64,000 nucleotides of DNA from Bacillota bacterium (GTDB lineage: Bacteria > Bacillota > UBA5301 > Bu52). The translations under genes were made by a program, and so were the position numbers. Location: assembly GCA_014896355.1 (NCBI GenBank), contig JADBKO010000020.1:21852-85851 (forward strand). Direction: 5' to 3'. Every line of letters starts with the position of its first letter. The stretch's first letter is position 1. This document shows positions 21,741 through 30,372 of this stretch, one piece after another. Below the pieces are notes generated by a model. The model saw only the letters and a list, made by a program, of their open reading frames with translations, was not told where the DNA came from and ran no database searches.

Positions 21741-22361
21741 GTGGTGGCGGCCCACGGCGTGCGCGGCGAGGTGCGGGTGTGGCCGGAGACAGACAGTCTG
21801 GGACGTTTCTGCCGCTTGCAGGAGGTCTATCTGCGGCATCCGCCAGGCGGCGGGGAAGAGGGTCCAGCAGAGCGGTGGGACCGCTACAGTGTGGAAAAAG
21901 CCCGTCCCCATCAGCACGTGGTGCTGCTCAAGCTGGCCGGCGTGGATTCCCGCAGTGCTGCCGAGGCTTTACGCGGCAGCTGGCTGGCGGTGCCTGAACG
22001 TCAGGCGGAAAAGCCGGAAGGATGCTGGTTCATCCATGACATCCTGGGGCTGCAGGCCGTGGACGAGACCGGTTCCGCCGTGGGCCAGGTCGTGGCGGTC
22101 CTCCGCAGCAAAGCCCATGACCTTTTTGAGGTACAGCCGCCGGAGCCGGGGGCCGCAAGCTTCCTGGTGCCGGCAGTGCGCGAGTTCGTGCGGGATGTGG
22201 ATCTGAAGCAGCGCCGTCTGGTCCTTCATCTCTGGCCCGGTTTGCGTTCCGAACCGGAGCGTGAAGGGAAGGCCACAGAGGACGCAAGGCGGAAAGACCG
22301 GGGTCATCCCTATGGCGCCGCTGGCGGAGACCATGAGCAGGAAGGCACCCATGCGGTTTGA
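21741..22361 (+). CDS. rimM: 16S rRNA processing protein RimM
   Basis: ...[14 protein letters not shown]...L..W...E...[18 protein letters not shown]... are RimM and PRC-barrel motifs. The in-frame upstream codons encode the conserved EDFILVGRV but contain no canonical start. GTG at 21741 is the first usable start. Confidence 0.85.
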   Translation: MVAAHGVRGEVRVWPETDSLGRFCRLQEVYLRHPPGGGEEGPAERWDRYSVEKARPHQHVVLLKLAGVDSRSAAEALRGSWLAVPERQAEKPEGCWFIHDILGLQAVDETGSAVGQVVAVLRSKAHDLFEVQPPEPGAASFLVPAVREFVRDVDLKQRRLVLHLWPGLRSEPEREGKATEDARRKDRGHPYGAAGGDHEQEGTHAV

Positions 22362-23268
22362 TATCCTGACCCTGTTCCCGGAGATGTTCAACGGGCCGCT
22401 CAATGCCAGCATCCTGAAAAGAGCGCAGGAGGCGGGGTTGATCCAGATCGGGCTGCACAATATCCGGGACTGGGCGCAAGACAAACATCACCTCACGGAC
22501 GACTACCCTTACAGCGGCGGCGCTGGAATGGTCATGAAGCCCGAGCCCCTGTATCACGCCATCCAGGCGGTGAAGGCCCAGGGAAGGGAGCGCTTTGGCG
22601 AGGATGCCCGCGCGGGAGACACGGAGCCGGATCCACCCGTAATCCTTTTGAGCCCTCAGGGCCGGGTGTTCAGCCAGAGTGTGGCCCGGGAGCTGAGCCG
22701 GCATCGTCGGCTGATTTTGGTCTGCGGTCATTACGAAGGCGTGGACGAACGCGTGTGCCAGCTGGCCATCACGGACCAGATTTCCATCGGGGATTACGTG
22801 CTGACCGGCGGCGAGCTGGCCGCCATGGTGGTGGTGGATGCCGTGTCCCGGCTGATTCCGGGAGTTCTGGGGGATGAGGCTTCCGCAGAGGAGGAGTCCT
22901 TCGCCGGGGGACTTTTGGAGTATCCGCAGTATACCCGGCCGCCGGAGTTCATGGGTCTGAAGGTGCCGGAGGTGCTGTTGTCCGGAAACCATGCCGAAAT
23001 TCAGCGCTGGCGCCGGTACCAGTCCCTGGGGCGGACCTGGGCCCGGCGTCCGGATCTGCTGGCGCGGGCACCCTTGACCCCCGAGGAGCGGCTATGGCTG
23101 GCCAGGCTGGAAGCCGGTGAGGTGCAGGTTCCCCAGGCAGGCGGCTGCTGGCCGCCGCCGGAGCGCAGAAGCCGCTCGAAAGCTGGCAACCAAAAGCCCC
23201 CGCAGGCGGTTCCCCCGGCGGGAGACCCAGGCCGGGAACAGGGACCTCCCGATTCGCAAGGGGCATGA
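22351..23268 (+). CDS. trmD: tRNA (guanine37-N1)-methyltransferase TrmD
   Basis: [30 protein letters not shown]...[15 protein letters not shown]... is TrmD. ATG at 22351. Long Pro-rich C-terminal tail. Confidence 0.9.
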   Translation: MRFDILTLFPEMFNGPLNASILKRAQEAGLIQIGLHNIRDWAQDKHHLTDDYPYSGGAGMVMKPEPLYHAIQAVKAQGRERFGEDARAGDTEPDPPVILLSPQGRVFSQSVARELSRHRRLILVCGHYEGVDERVCQLAITDQISIGDYVLTGGELAAMVVVDAVSRLIPGVLGDEASAEEESFAGGLLEYPQYTRPPEFMGLKVPEVLLSGNHAEIQRWRRYQSLGRTWARRPDLLARAPLTPEERLWLARLEAGEVQVPQAGGCWPPPERRSRSKAGNQKPPQAVPPAGDPGREQGPPDSQGA

Positions 23269-23293
23269 TTCAGGCAGGAAGGAGGGAAAAGGG

Positions 23294-23635
23294 ATGGATT
23301 TACTACATCTTGTCGAACAGGAAAGTATGCGCCAGGGGCGGCCGGATTTCCGGCCCGGCGATACGGTGCGGGTGCATGTGAAGGTCATCGAAGGCGGCCG
23401 TGAGCGCATTCAGGTGTTCGAAGGCATGGTCATCCGCAAGCGGGGAAGCGGACCCAATGCCACCTTCACGGTGCGCAAGATCAGCCAGGGGATCGGGGTG
23501 GAACGCACCTTCCCGCTGCATTCGCCCCGGGTGGACGCCGTGGAGGTGGTCCGCAAGGGGCAGGTCCGGCGGGCAAAGCTCTATTATCTCCGGAACGTGG
23601 TGGGCAAAGCGGCCCGCGTCAAGGAAAAGAGGTAA
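23294..23635 (+). CDS. rplS: 50S ribosomal protein L19
   Basis: [47 protein letters not shown]... is L19. AGGAAGGAGGG site upstream. Confidence 0.95.
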   Translation: MDLLHLVEQESMRQGRPDFRPGDTVRVHVKVIEGGRERIQVFEGMVIRKRGSGPNATFTVRKISQGIGVERTFPLHSPRVDAVEVVRKGQVRRAKLYYLRNVVGKAARVKEKR

Positions 23636-23668
23636 GGAGGGAGGGGCCGACAGCCCCTCCGCTTTATC

Positions 23669-24556
23669 GTGGACATCCAGTGGTATCCGGGACACATGGC
23701 CAAAAGCCGCCGGGAACTGCAGGCGCGGCTGAAGATCACCGACCTGGTCATCGAGGTGGTGGATGCCCGCGCCCCCGCCAGCACCCGCAACCCGGACCTG
23801 CAGCCGCTGCTTTCCGGAAAACCGGTGGTCCTGGTTTTGAACAAGAGCGATCTGGCGGATCCCCAGGTGACTCCCCAATGGCAGGCTTGGTTCCGTCGCC
23901 GGGAAACGCCGTGCCTGGCAGTGGACAGCCGTCGGGGTGTTGGCGTGCCAGAGCTGTTGGAGATGATACACCTCCACCAGGAGCGGCCTGCCGGGCGGCT
24001 GCGGCCCTGGCGTGCGGTGGTGGTGGGCATCCCCAACGTGGGGAAGTCCGCACTGATCAACCAGCTGGCCCGCCGCAGAGCCATGGCCGTGGCGGATCGC
24101 CCCGGCGTGACCCGCGGCCCGCAGTGGTTGCGTTTGGGCCCGGCGTTGGAGCTATTGGACACCCCGGGGCTTTTGTGGCCTAAGTTCACGGATCCCGCGG
24201 CCGCTTTGCATCTGGCGCTGGTGGGTGCCATCGCCGAGGCGCGCCTGGACGCGTCAGAGTTGGCCGTGCGGCTGCTGGAGATCTTGCGAGACCGCTATCC
24301 CCAGGCGTTGCCGCGGCGCTACGGGGAGCCCCCGGACGATGGCCAGAATGACCCGCAGCGCTGGCTCGATTGGATCGGGCGCAGGCGGGGGCTTTTGGCA
24401 GCTGGAGGCAAAGTGGACCAGGAGCGGGCGGTCCGCGTGCTGTTGGGCGATTTCCGGGAGGGGCGCCTGGGTCCCGTGAGCCTGGAGAGGCCCGGCGAAG
24501 CGCAGGCGTCCCCAGGTCCCCTGGGCCCGGGCGTGGACAGGTCTGGAGGCGCATAG
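23669..24556 (+). CDS. rbgA: ribosome biogenesis GTPase A (YlqF/RbgA)
   Basis: IQWYPGHMAKSRRELQARLKITDLVIEVVDARAP...LNKSDL...GIPNVGKSALIN is the circularly permuted GTPase. Confidence 0.9.
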   Translation: MDIQWYPGHMAKSRRELQARLKITDLVIEVVDARAPASTRNPDLQPLLSGKPVVLVLNKSDLADPQVTPQWQAWFRRRETPCLAVDSRRGVGVPELLEMIHLHQERPAGRLRPWRAVVVGIPNVGKSALINQLARRRAMAVADRPGVTRGPQWLRLGPALELLDTPGLLWPKFTDPAAALHLALVGAIAEARLDASELAVRLLEILRDRYPQALPRRYGEPPDDGQNDPQRWLDWIGRRRGLLAAGGKVDQERAVRVLLGDFREGRLGPVSLERPGEAQASPGPLGPGVDRSGGA

Positions 24557-24557
24557 C

Positions 24558-25625
24558 ATGGCAGGCCGGGGTGTAGCAGCCGGGCGCGGGCCCGGGGGTT
24601 CGCAGGGGCAGCGACGGGACAGCGCGGAAAACAGCCGGGTCGCGGCGGCCCTTCGCTGGGAGGCGCTGCAGGAGTTCGACGCACAGGTCATGGGCCTGCC
24701 TTCGGCTCGTGCCGGCGCCGCCCGGTATCTCCTGGCGGGCATGGATGAGGCAGGCCGGGGCCCCTTGGCAGGCCCGGTGGTGGCTGCGGCGGTGGTCCTA
24801 CGCCCTGGGGCCCGTTTGCCGGGTTTGGACGACTCCAAAGTCCTGCGCCCTTCCTTGCGGGAGGAGATTTTCCGGCAGGTGCTGCGCCAGGCCGCCGTGG
24901 GAACCGGTCTGGCTACGGCCCGGGAGATCGACACCCTGGGGATCCAGGCCGCCTGCGGATTGGCCATGCGGCGGGCTTGGTCCAGCCTGCCGGTACAACC
25001 GTGGGTGACGCTGGTGGACGGGCCGTGGGCTGTGCCGGGCCTGGCCGGGTTCCAGGTGCCGGTCATCGATGGTGATGCCCGCAGCGCTGCGGTGGCCGCT
25101 GCTTCGGTGGTGGCCAAGGTGTACCGGGACTGGCTCATGCGCTGGGCGGACCTGCGCTGGCCCGCGTACGGTTTTGCCCGGCACAAGGGCTACGGGACGG
25201 CGGAGCACTTCGCCGCCTTGCGGCGCTATGGCCCCTGCCCCTTGCACCGGCGCAGCTTCCTCTCGCATCTGGATGGACAGCCGGAGGGGGAGGCCGGCGA
25301 AGGCAATGCCGGTGAGCGCATCGCCCGTAGCATCGTCCCGGCTTTCGGCGGGGTAGCTGAGGCGGCTCTGCCGGTGGACGGCCTTGCCGTTGACGCCGTT
25401 TGTTCGGGGTGCGGATCGCGGTTCTTGCGCTCTTACTTTCCTTTGTTGCTTCCTTCCTTGTCCTTGGGGTGTTCACTTCCCGCTTTCTCTTTCCGGCATT
25501 TCCGCACATCGCCATTTTTACCCTTCACCAGCCCGAGGAGGAATCACTTGCTGGTTTTACGAATGATGGGATGCCTCCGCCCTGGGGCGCCTGGCATTCT
25601 GGGGTACTTCTGGCGGCTGGCGTAA
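24558..25625 (+). CDS. rnhB: ribonuclease HII; the reading frame extends ~120 aa beyond the catalytic domain into a low-GC pyrimidine-rich tract
   Basis: AGMDEAGRGPLAGPVVAAAVVL...DDSKVL...VAKVYRDWLMRW...YGFARHKGYGTAEHFAALRRYGPCPLHRRSF is RNase HII. GGAGG site 8 nt before the ATG. The homologous region ends near 25270 but the first in-frame stop is at 25623-25625. Confidence 0.8.
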   Translation: MAGRGVAAGRGPGGSQGQRRDSAENSRVAAALRWEALQEFDAQVMGLPSARAGAARYLLAGMDEAGRGPLAGPVVAAAVVLRPGARLPGLDDSKVLRPSLREEIFRQVLRQAAVGTGLATAREIDTLGIQAACGLAMRRAWSSLPVQPWVTLVDGPWAVPGLAGFQVPVIDGDARSAAVAAASVVAKVYRDWLMRWADLRWPAYGFARHKGYGTAEHFAALRRYGPCPLHRRSFLSHLDGQPEGEAGEGNAGERIARSIVPAFGGVAEAALPVDGLAVDAVCSGCGSRFLRSYFPLLLPSLSLGCSLPAFSFRHFRTSPFLPFTSPRRNHLLVLRMMGCLRPGAPGILGYFWRLA

Positions 25626-25734
25626 TCCGGGGGCGCTCTTGAACGGCCGGAGCGAATGGGGAGCGTCACTTGAACCGGATGGAGGCCAGGCAGCCCAGGC
25701 TTGCCCGGCGCTTCCGGAAGACAGTCCCACTCTG

Positions 25735-26187
25735 ATGCCTGCCATTTTGCTGCTGGCCAGGCAGTGGCGCAGGCGGCAACGGCGGGTCTGGGGTGCCTGG
25801 GCCGAGGAGGCGGCGGCCCGGTACCTGTCAACGGGCCGTTCCTGGTACGTCCTGGCCCGCAACTGGCGTGTGGTGTCTGGAGAAGCGGACCTGGTCTGTT
25901 TTTGCCCGGAGGATCACGCCCTGGTCATCGTGGAGGTTCGGGCCCGGCGCAGGAGGGAACTGGAGATGGCAGCTTCCAGCGTCCGCCGCCGCAAACTGCA
26001 AAGGCAGCGGAGCCTGGCCTGGCGGGCGTACCTGACGTGGCGCGATCTGGCGGGAGCCAAGCCTCTGGGGCTACGGGTGGACGTGATCACCGTGTCGTGG
26101 CTTGGTCCGTCGGGTGGCCTCACCGGGGGTGCCCGCCTGTGGCACCTGGTGGGCGTAGGCTGCGGGCCTTGCGGGCCGGGTGGGTGA
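25735..26187 (+). CDS. yraN: YraN-family (UPF0102) endonuclease
   Basis: [55 protein letters not shown]...[16 protein letters not shown]...VDVITV is the UPF0102 pattern. Start uncertain (ATG 25735 or TTG 25639). Confidence 0.75.
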   Translation: MPAILLLARQWRRRQRRVWGAWAEEAAARYLSTGRSWYVLARNWRVVSGEADLVCFCPEDHALVIVEVRARRRRELEMAASSVRRRKLQRQRSLAWRAYLTWRDLAGAKPLGLRVDVITVSWLGPSGGLTGGARLWHLVGVGCGPCGPGG

Positions 26188-26255
26188 AAAGGTTCGTGCC
26201 AAACGGCCATGGAAGGGAAGAAGGGACGGCAAAAAAGGGGTGTTCCGTTGCAGCC

Positions 26256-27928
26256 ATGCTGGCACGGGCGACGGGGGCTGCCCTGATGGGCATTGAAGGG
26301 TATTTGGTCCACGTGGAGGTGGACATCCAGCCGGGTTTACCGGATTTCGTCATCAGCGGCCTGCCTGGAGCCGTGGTGAAGGAAAGCCGGGAAAGGGTCC
26401 GGGCTGCCTTGCACAACTCGGGGTTTCGCTTTCCCCTGATGCGTATCACGGTCAACCTTGCCCCGGCCCAGGTACGCAAGGAACGGGCCGTCTTCGATCT
26501 GGCCATCGCACTGGGGGTGCTCGCCGCCAGCCAACAAATCCCTTCGGCGGCCTTGGAGGGCGTGGTGTTTCTGGGGGAATTGGGACTGGACGGCGCAGTG
26601 CAGCCGGTTCCCGGCGTACTGGCCATGGTCCAGGCCGCTCTTGCCCGTAGATACAAAGTGGTCTTGCCCGCCGCGAATCTGGCCGAGGCTCTGTGGGTAC
26701 CGCATGCCTGCTATTTGGTCGGCCGTTCCCTGACCCAGGTGGTACAGGATCTGCTTTACCGGAGGAACGCCTGGAGAAAGGTTCCCGCCGCCGGCTCCAA
26801 GGAGGGATCTTTCGCGGAGGCAGAAGGCGGGGAAGGGGCTCCAGACTTCGGCGTGGGGGACGAATCCCCCGGGTTGGACCAGGTGATCGGGCAATGGCAG
26901 GCCAAGCGGGCGCTGCAGATCGCTGCGGCGGGATTCCACAACCTGCTGATGGTAGGCCCGCCCGGCAGTGGAAAGACCATGCTGGCCCGGTGTCTGCCGG
27001 GATTGCTGCCACCGCTGAGCAAGGAGGAGGCCCTGGAGATCCTCAAGATCGCCTCCGCCGCCGGCCAGGCCGAGGCGTTTCTACGCCAGGGAAAGATCCG
27101 CAGGCCTTTCCGGGCCGTGCACCACACGGCCACAGCAGTGGCTCTGGTAGGGGGTGGGGCGAACCCGTTGCCGGGCGAAATCACCCTGGCCCACGGCGGC
27201 GTGTTGTTCCTGGACGAGCTGGCGGAGTTCCGGCGGGAGGCCCTAGAGGCGCTGCGCCAGCCTCTGGAAGACGGAGTGGTACACGTTTCCCGGGCTGGCC
27301 GGACGGTGACTTATCCCTGCAAAATAATTGCAATTTTTTCGATGAATCCTTGTCATGTGGCTTCTACTTAGACCCAGCCAGGCCCTGCCGCTGCCGTTCC
27401 GGAGATATCGCCCGCTATTGGCGCCGTCTCTCGGGCCCCCTTGTGGACAGGCTGGACTTGGCGGTGTTCCTGGAGCGGATGGTGGCCTCCGACTGGGATC
27501 AATGGACGGACCGCTTTGGGCGTCCGCAGGACGTAGGCAGCGGGCGGCCGGCGGAGAAGTGGTCTGTTCAGAGGGAGGCAGGAAGTGGAGACGGTACCTC
27601 GCAAGCGGCCACGGCTCTGGACTTCCGGGAGCGGATCCTGGAAGCCCACGACCGTCAGCGCCGCCGCCTGGCAGCCCTGGGAGAGCCGTTCGTGCCCAAC
27701 GGACGGCTGGCCCCGGCTCCGCTGGAAAGGGTGCTCCGTGCCACACCCGGGGCGCTGGCGCTTCTGCGCCAGGCGGGCGGTGCGCTGCACCTGAATTTCC
27801 GCTCCGTCGCCCGCATATCCAGGGTGGCCCGCACCATCGCAGACCTGGAGAGATCGGACAAGGTGTGTGAAGACCACATGGCCGAGGCGCTGCATTACCG
27901 GCAAGAAGTGGTAGTGCCGGCAGTTTAA
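26256..27928 (+). pseudogene. comM: ComM/YifB Mg-chelatase-like AAA+ ATPase, interrupted by a -1 frameshift near 27350
   Basis: N-terminal Lon-like domain, then the AAA+ core ([12 protein letters not shown]...[10 protein letters not shown]) in the frame of ORF 25701..27371, which stops at ...[12 protein letters not shown]. The conserved continuation [16 protein letters not shown]...SGPLVDRLDL...ARTIADLE... lies in the frame of ORF 26693..27928. The expected MNPCPCG reads MNPCH/SCG. A one-base deletion inside ...CCTTGTC(C)ATGTGGC... would account for it. Confidence 0.8.
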
Positions 27929-28054
27929 GGGGTCCTGCGCGCAGCATGAGGCAAGAAACGGGTGGGGATGCTAACGCGGTCAGGGACTGCAGACATCGAC
28001 GGCCACAGGAGGGAGATCCGGGCCGGGAATCAAACCCGGGCTCAGGGTGGCAAG

Positions 28055-28294
28055 ATGACCGCACGAAGCAGCCACGATTTGACGGGCCGACAGGTTTACA
28101 CCTGCCCCCGTTGCCGGGTAGATACCGCCCATCTGATTCTGGCCAAACGCCAGCGGGTGTATGCTGTACTGTGCACCAACTGCCGGCTGCCTTCGCTGGT
28201 GCGTGAGGAAGACCTGCTTTACTGCAACTCGAAGTGGGCTGACGAGTTAAAGAACATCCTTCATTCCCTGGATGACCGGGATGGGCACGATTAG
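28055..28294 (+). CDS. hypothetical small Cys4 zinc-ribbon protein (79 aa; up to 110 aa if it starts at GTG 27962)
   Basis: MTARSSHDLTGRQVYTCPRCRVDTAHLILAKRQRVYAVLCTNCRLPSLVREEDLLYCNSKW... has a CxxC-(18)-CxxC ribbon. Codon GC3 is reasonable and a weak AGGGTGG ribosome-binding site precedes it. It lies between comM and dprA. No family recognised. Confidence 0.45.
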   Translation: MTARSSHDLTGRQVYTCPRCRVDTAHLILAKRQRVYAVLCTNCRLPSLVREEDLLYCNSKWADELKNILHSLDDRDGHD

Positions 28295-28523
28295 ACAGCG
28301 GGACTAGGCAGGAAGAAAAGACCTCTCGATGGGGACGGCTGCCGGCCGGCGGACGAATCCCGCCCCACTCCGGGAGGCCAAGCCTGAGGACAAGCCATGA
28401 CCAGTTTGAAGAGCGACATGGGCGAAGCTTATGGAGGTGGAACCATTGGGCGGGGAGGCATGTCTTCCGCCGACGCAGGCTGCCGCGCGAGACTGTGTCA
28501 GCGCGGAGGAACGGGCTTGCCGC

Positions 28524-29786
28524 ATGGCGCTGATGGCCACGCCGCAGATCGGGCCGCGAACCTATGCGAAGCTGCTGGAGCAGCATGGAAGCGCCCGGGC
28601 GGCCTGGGAAAGGGGTCCCGGCGCCTGGCATCCGGCACTGCGGGTCTCGCCCCCCCAGCTGGCGGAGATGCAACAGTGGTGGCGTAGCGCGGATCCCATG
28701 CGGATGCTGGCTGCGGCCCAGGCGCAGGGTTGGCAGGTCACAGTGCTGGAGGACCGTCTTTATCCGGAGTTATTGAAGGAGATCCCCGACCCTCCACCGG
28801 TATTGTATATCTGGGGTCAAGTCCTGGCCTCCGACCGATGGGCGCTGGCGGTGGTGGGCACCCGGAAACCCTCTCTGCGAGGACGGGTGCGCACTCGGCA
28901 GGTGGTGCAGGCCCTGGCGGGCACAGGATGGACCATCGTCAGTGGCATGGCCCGCGGCATCGACCGGTTGGCTCACGAAGCAGCACTGGAAGTTGGCGGC
29001 CGTACGTTGGCGGTCCTGGGTTCCGGGTTGGATCAGGTCTACCCGCCGGAGAACCGCCCCTTGGCCGAGCGTATCGCACAACGGGGGGCGGTCATCAGCG
29101 AGTTTCCCGCAGGGACACCGCCGCTTCCCCAGCATTTCCCGCGCCGTAACCGGGTCATCAGCGGGCTCTCCTGGGCAAGTCTGATCATGGAGGCGGGCGA
29201 AAAAAGCGGGGCGCTCATTACGGCGCACTTCAGCCTGGATTATAACCGCTCCGTCCTGGCGTTTCCTGGCCCGCCGGAGGACCCGGCCTACGCCGGAAAC
29301 CTGGCGTTGCTGCGTCGTCAGGAAGCCGCGCTGGTGCGGGATGTGGCAGACGTCCTGGAGGAGTTGAAGCATTCCCCAGGGCTCCCGTCTTTGCCGCTTT
29401 TCGCGCCCGGGACTAGCCAGGGTTCGGGTTCTTCTTCAGATGCCGGCAACGAGGCCGCATTGGACCATGGCCCATCACCCTGGACCGGCCTCCAGCCGGC
29501 AGGGAGGGCCGCAGCTGATCCCGTGATGCGGGCGATGGAGGCCGGCGCCGGCACGGTGGATGAGATCTGCGCCCGCCTGGGGCGGCCCGCGGCGGAGGTG
29601 CAGGCCCGGCTGGCTTTGATGGAGCTGGCCGGGGTGGTGGAGAGGCAGTACGGGCGTTATGTCCTGATTGGGAAGGAACATAGGCCTGCTGTGCGGAACA
29701 CAGGCAGGGAACACGGTCTGGCCAAAGCCGGCGAGGGCCGCGGGCAGGGCAGCGGCGGTTTACAAAGGTGGGAGCGCCCACTATAA
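28524..29786 (+). CDS. dprA: DNA processing protein DprA (Smf)
   Basis: ...TPQIGPRTYAKLLEQHGSARAAW...ALAVVGTRKPS.RG...ALAGTGWTIVSGMARGIDRLAHEAAL..GGRTLAVLGSGLD.VYPPEN is the DprA Rossmann fold. Start uncertain (ATG 28524 or 28431). Confidence 0.85.
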   Translation: MALMATPQIGPRTYAKLLEQHGSARAAWERGPGAWHPALRVSPPQLAEMQQWWRSADPMRMLAAAQAQGWQVTVLEDRLYPELLKEIPDPPPVLYIWGQVLASDRWALAVVGTRKPSLRGRVRTRQVVQALAGTGWTIVSGMARGIDRLAHEAALEVGGRTLAVLGSGLDQVYPPENRPLAERIAQRGAVISEFPAGTPPLPQHFPRRNRVISGLSWASLIMEAGEKSGALITAHFSLDYNRSVLAFPGPPEDPAYAGNLALLRRQEAALVRDVADVLEELKHSPGLPSLPLFAPGTSQGSGSSSDAGNEAALDHGPSPWTGLQPAGRAAADPVMRAMEAGAGTVDEICARLGRPAAEVQARLALMELAGVVERQYGRYVLIGKEHRPAVRNTGREHGLAKAGEGRGQGSGGLQRWERPL

Positions 29787-29787
29787 T
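29759..29787 (+). promoter_or_regulatory. near-consensus sigma-A-type promoter (TTTACA-N17-TATAAT), probably for smg-topA
   Basis: tttaca at 29759-29764, a 17-nt spacer, then tataat at 29782-29787. The -10 box overlaps the dprA TAA stop. The AT-rich motif stands out in GC-rich DNA, and smg starts 78 nt downstream. Confidence 0.45.
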
Positions 29788-29864
29788 ATATGGAAGATTG
29801 CCGGGTTGTCCGTCCTTGACAGGCAGGCCTGGGCGCTGCTCCTCGGGCGCAAGGGGGAAGGTAC

Positions 29865-30344
29865 ATGAATGAGCGGGTGGGGGAAATCGTGGCTTGGTTG
29901 ATCCGGCAGTTTCTGTATGGCGAGCAGCCTGTGGTGGCCCAGGAGACCTTGGTTCGTGATCTGGTCCGGCGCGGATACTCCCTGGACGAGATTCACGCGG
30001 CCTTCGCCAGTGTGTTTATGCCTCCAGATCCGGACGACGAGACGCCGGCTTCCAATCCGGGAATGGGGAAGGCTGCCCCGGGCCGGGCCTTCACGCCGCT
30101 GGAGATCGCCAAGATCAGTCCCGCTGCCCGCGGGATGCTGGTCTATTTGAGCCACGTGGGGCTGCTTCAGCCGGGTGAGCTGGAGGTTTTGCTGCTGGAG
30201 GCCGTGGACGCCAATACCCCAGAGGTGGGAATGAAGGAGATTCGCTGGCTTCTCAGCCAGGTCATTCAGGATCCCGACCGGGCCCTCATGGCCACAGGCG
30301 GTGATCCCTACTTCGCCGACCCCCCGGAAGGGAATTCCCATTAG
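29865..30344 (+). CDS. smg: Smg-family protein (DUF494)
   Basis: MNERVGEIVAWLIRQFLYGEQ...LVRDLVRRGYSLDEIHAAFASVF...LEIAKISPAARGMLVYLSHVGLL...EVLLLEAVDANTPEVGMKEIRWLL resembles E. coli Smg. The dprA-smg-topA order matches the E. coli smf-smg-topA arrangement. Confidence 0.75.
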   Translation: MNERVGEIVAWLIRQFLYGEQPVVAQETLVRDLVRRGYSLDEIHAAFASVFMPPDPDDETPASNPGMGKAAPGRAFTPLEIAKISPAARGMLVYLSHVGLLQPGELEVLLLEAVDANTPEVGMKEIRWLLSQVIQDPDRALMATGGDPYFADPPEGNSH

Positions 30345-30372
30345 TTAGTCCATTCAAGGACCGTGATCGATA

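Noticed and set aside
25400-25642. TTG-initiated 80-aa hydrophobic ORF (MFGVRIAVLALLLSFVASFLVLGVF...) in the pyrimidine tract after rnhB.
   Set aside because: Hydrophobicity here follows from T-rich DNA (Phe and Leu codons). Third codon positions are T-dominated, unlike genuine genes in this genome, and there is no ribosome-binding site. It is more likely non-coding. The region itself is reported as a finding.
28020-28045. Hairpin CCGGG-AATCAAA-CCCGG resembling the reverse complement of a tRNA T-arm.
   Set aside because: The loop would be TTTGATT, lacking the conserved C56. No acceptor, D or anticodon arms can be built around it. It lies inside the 5' part of the small zinc-ribbon reading frame.
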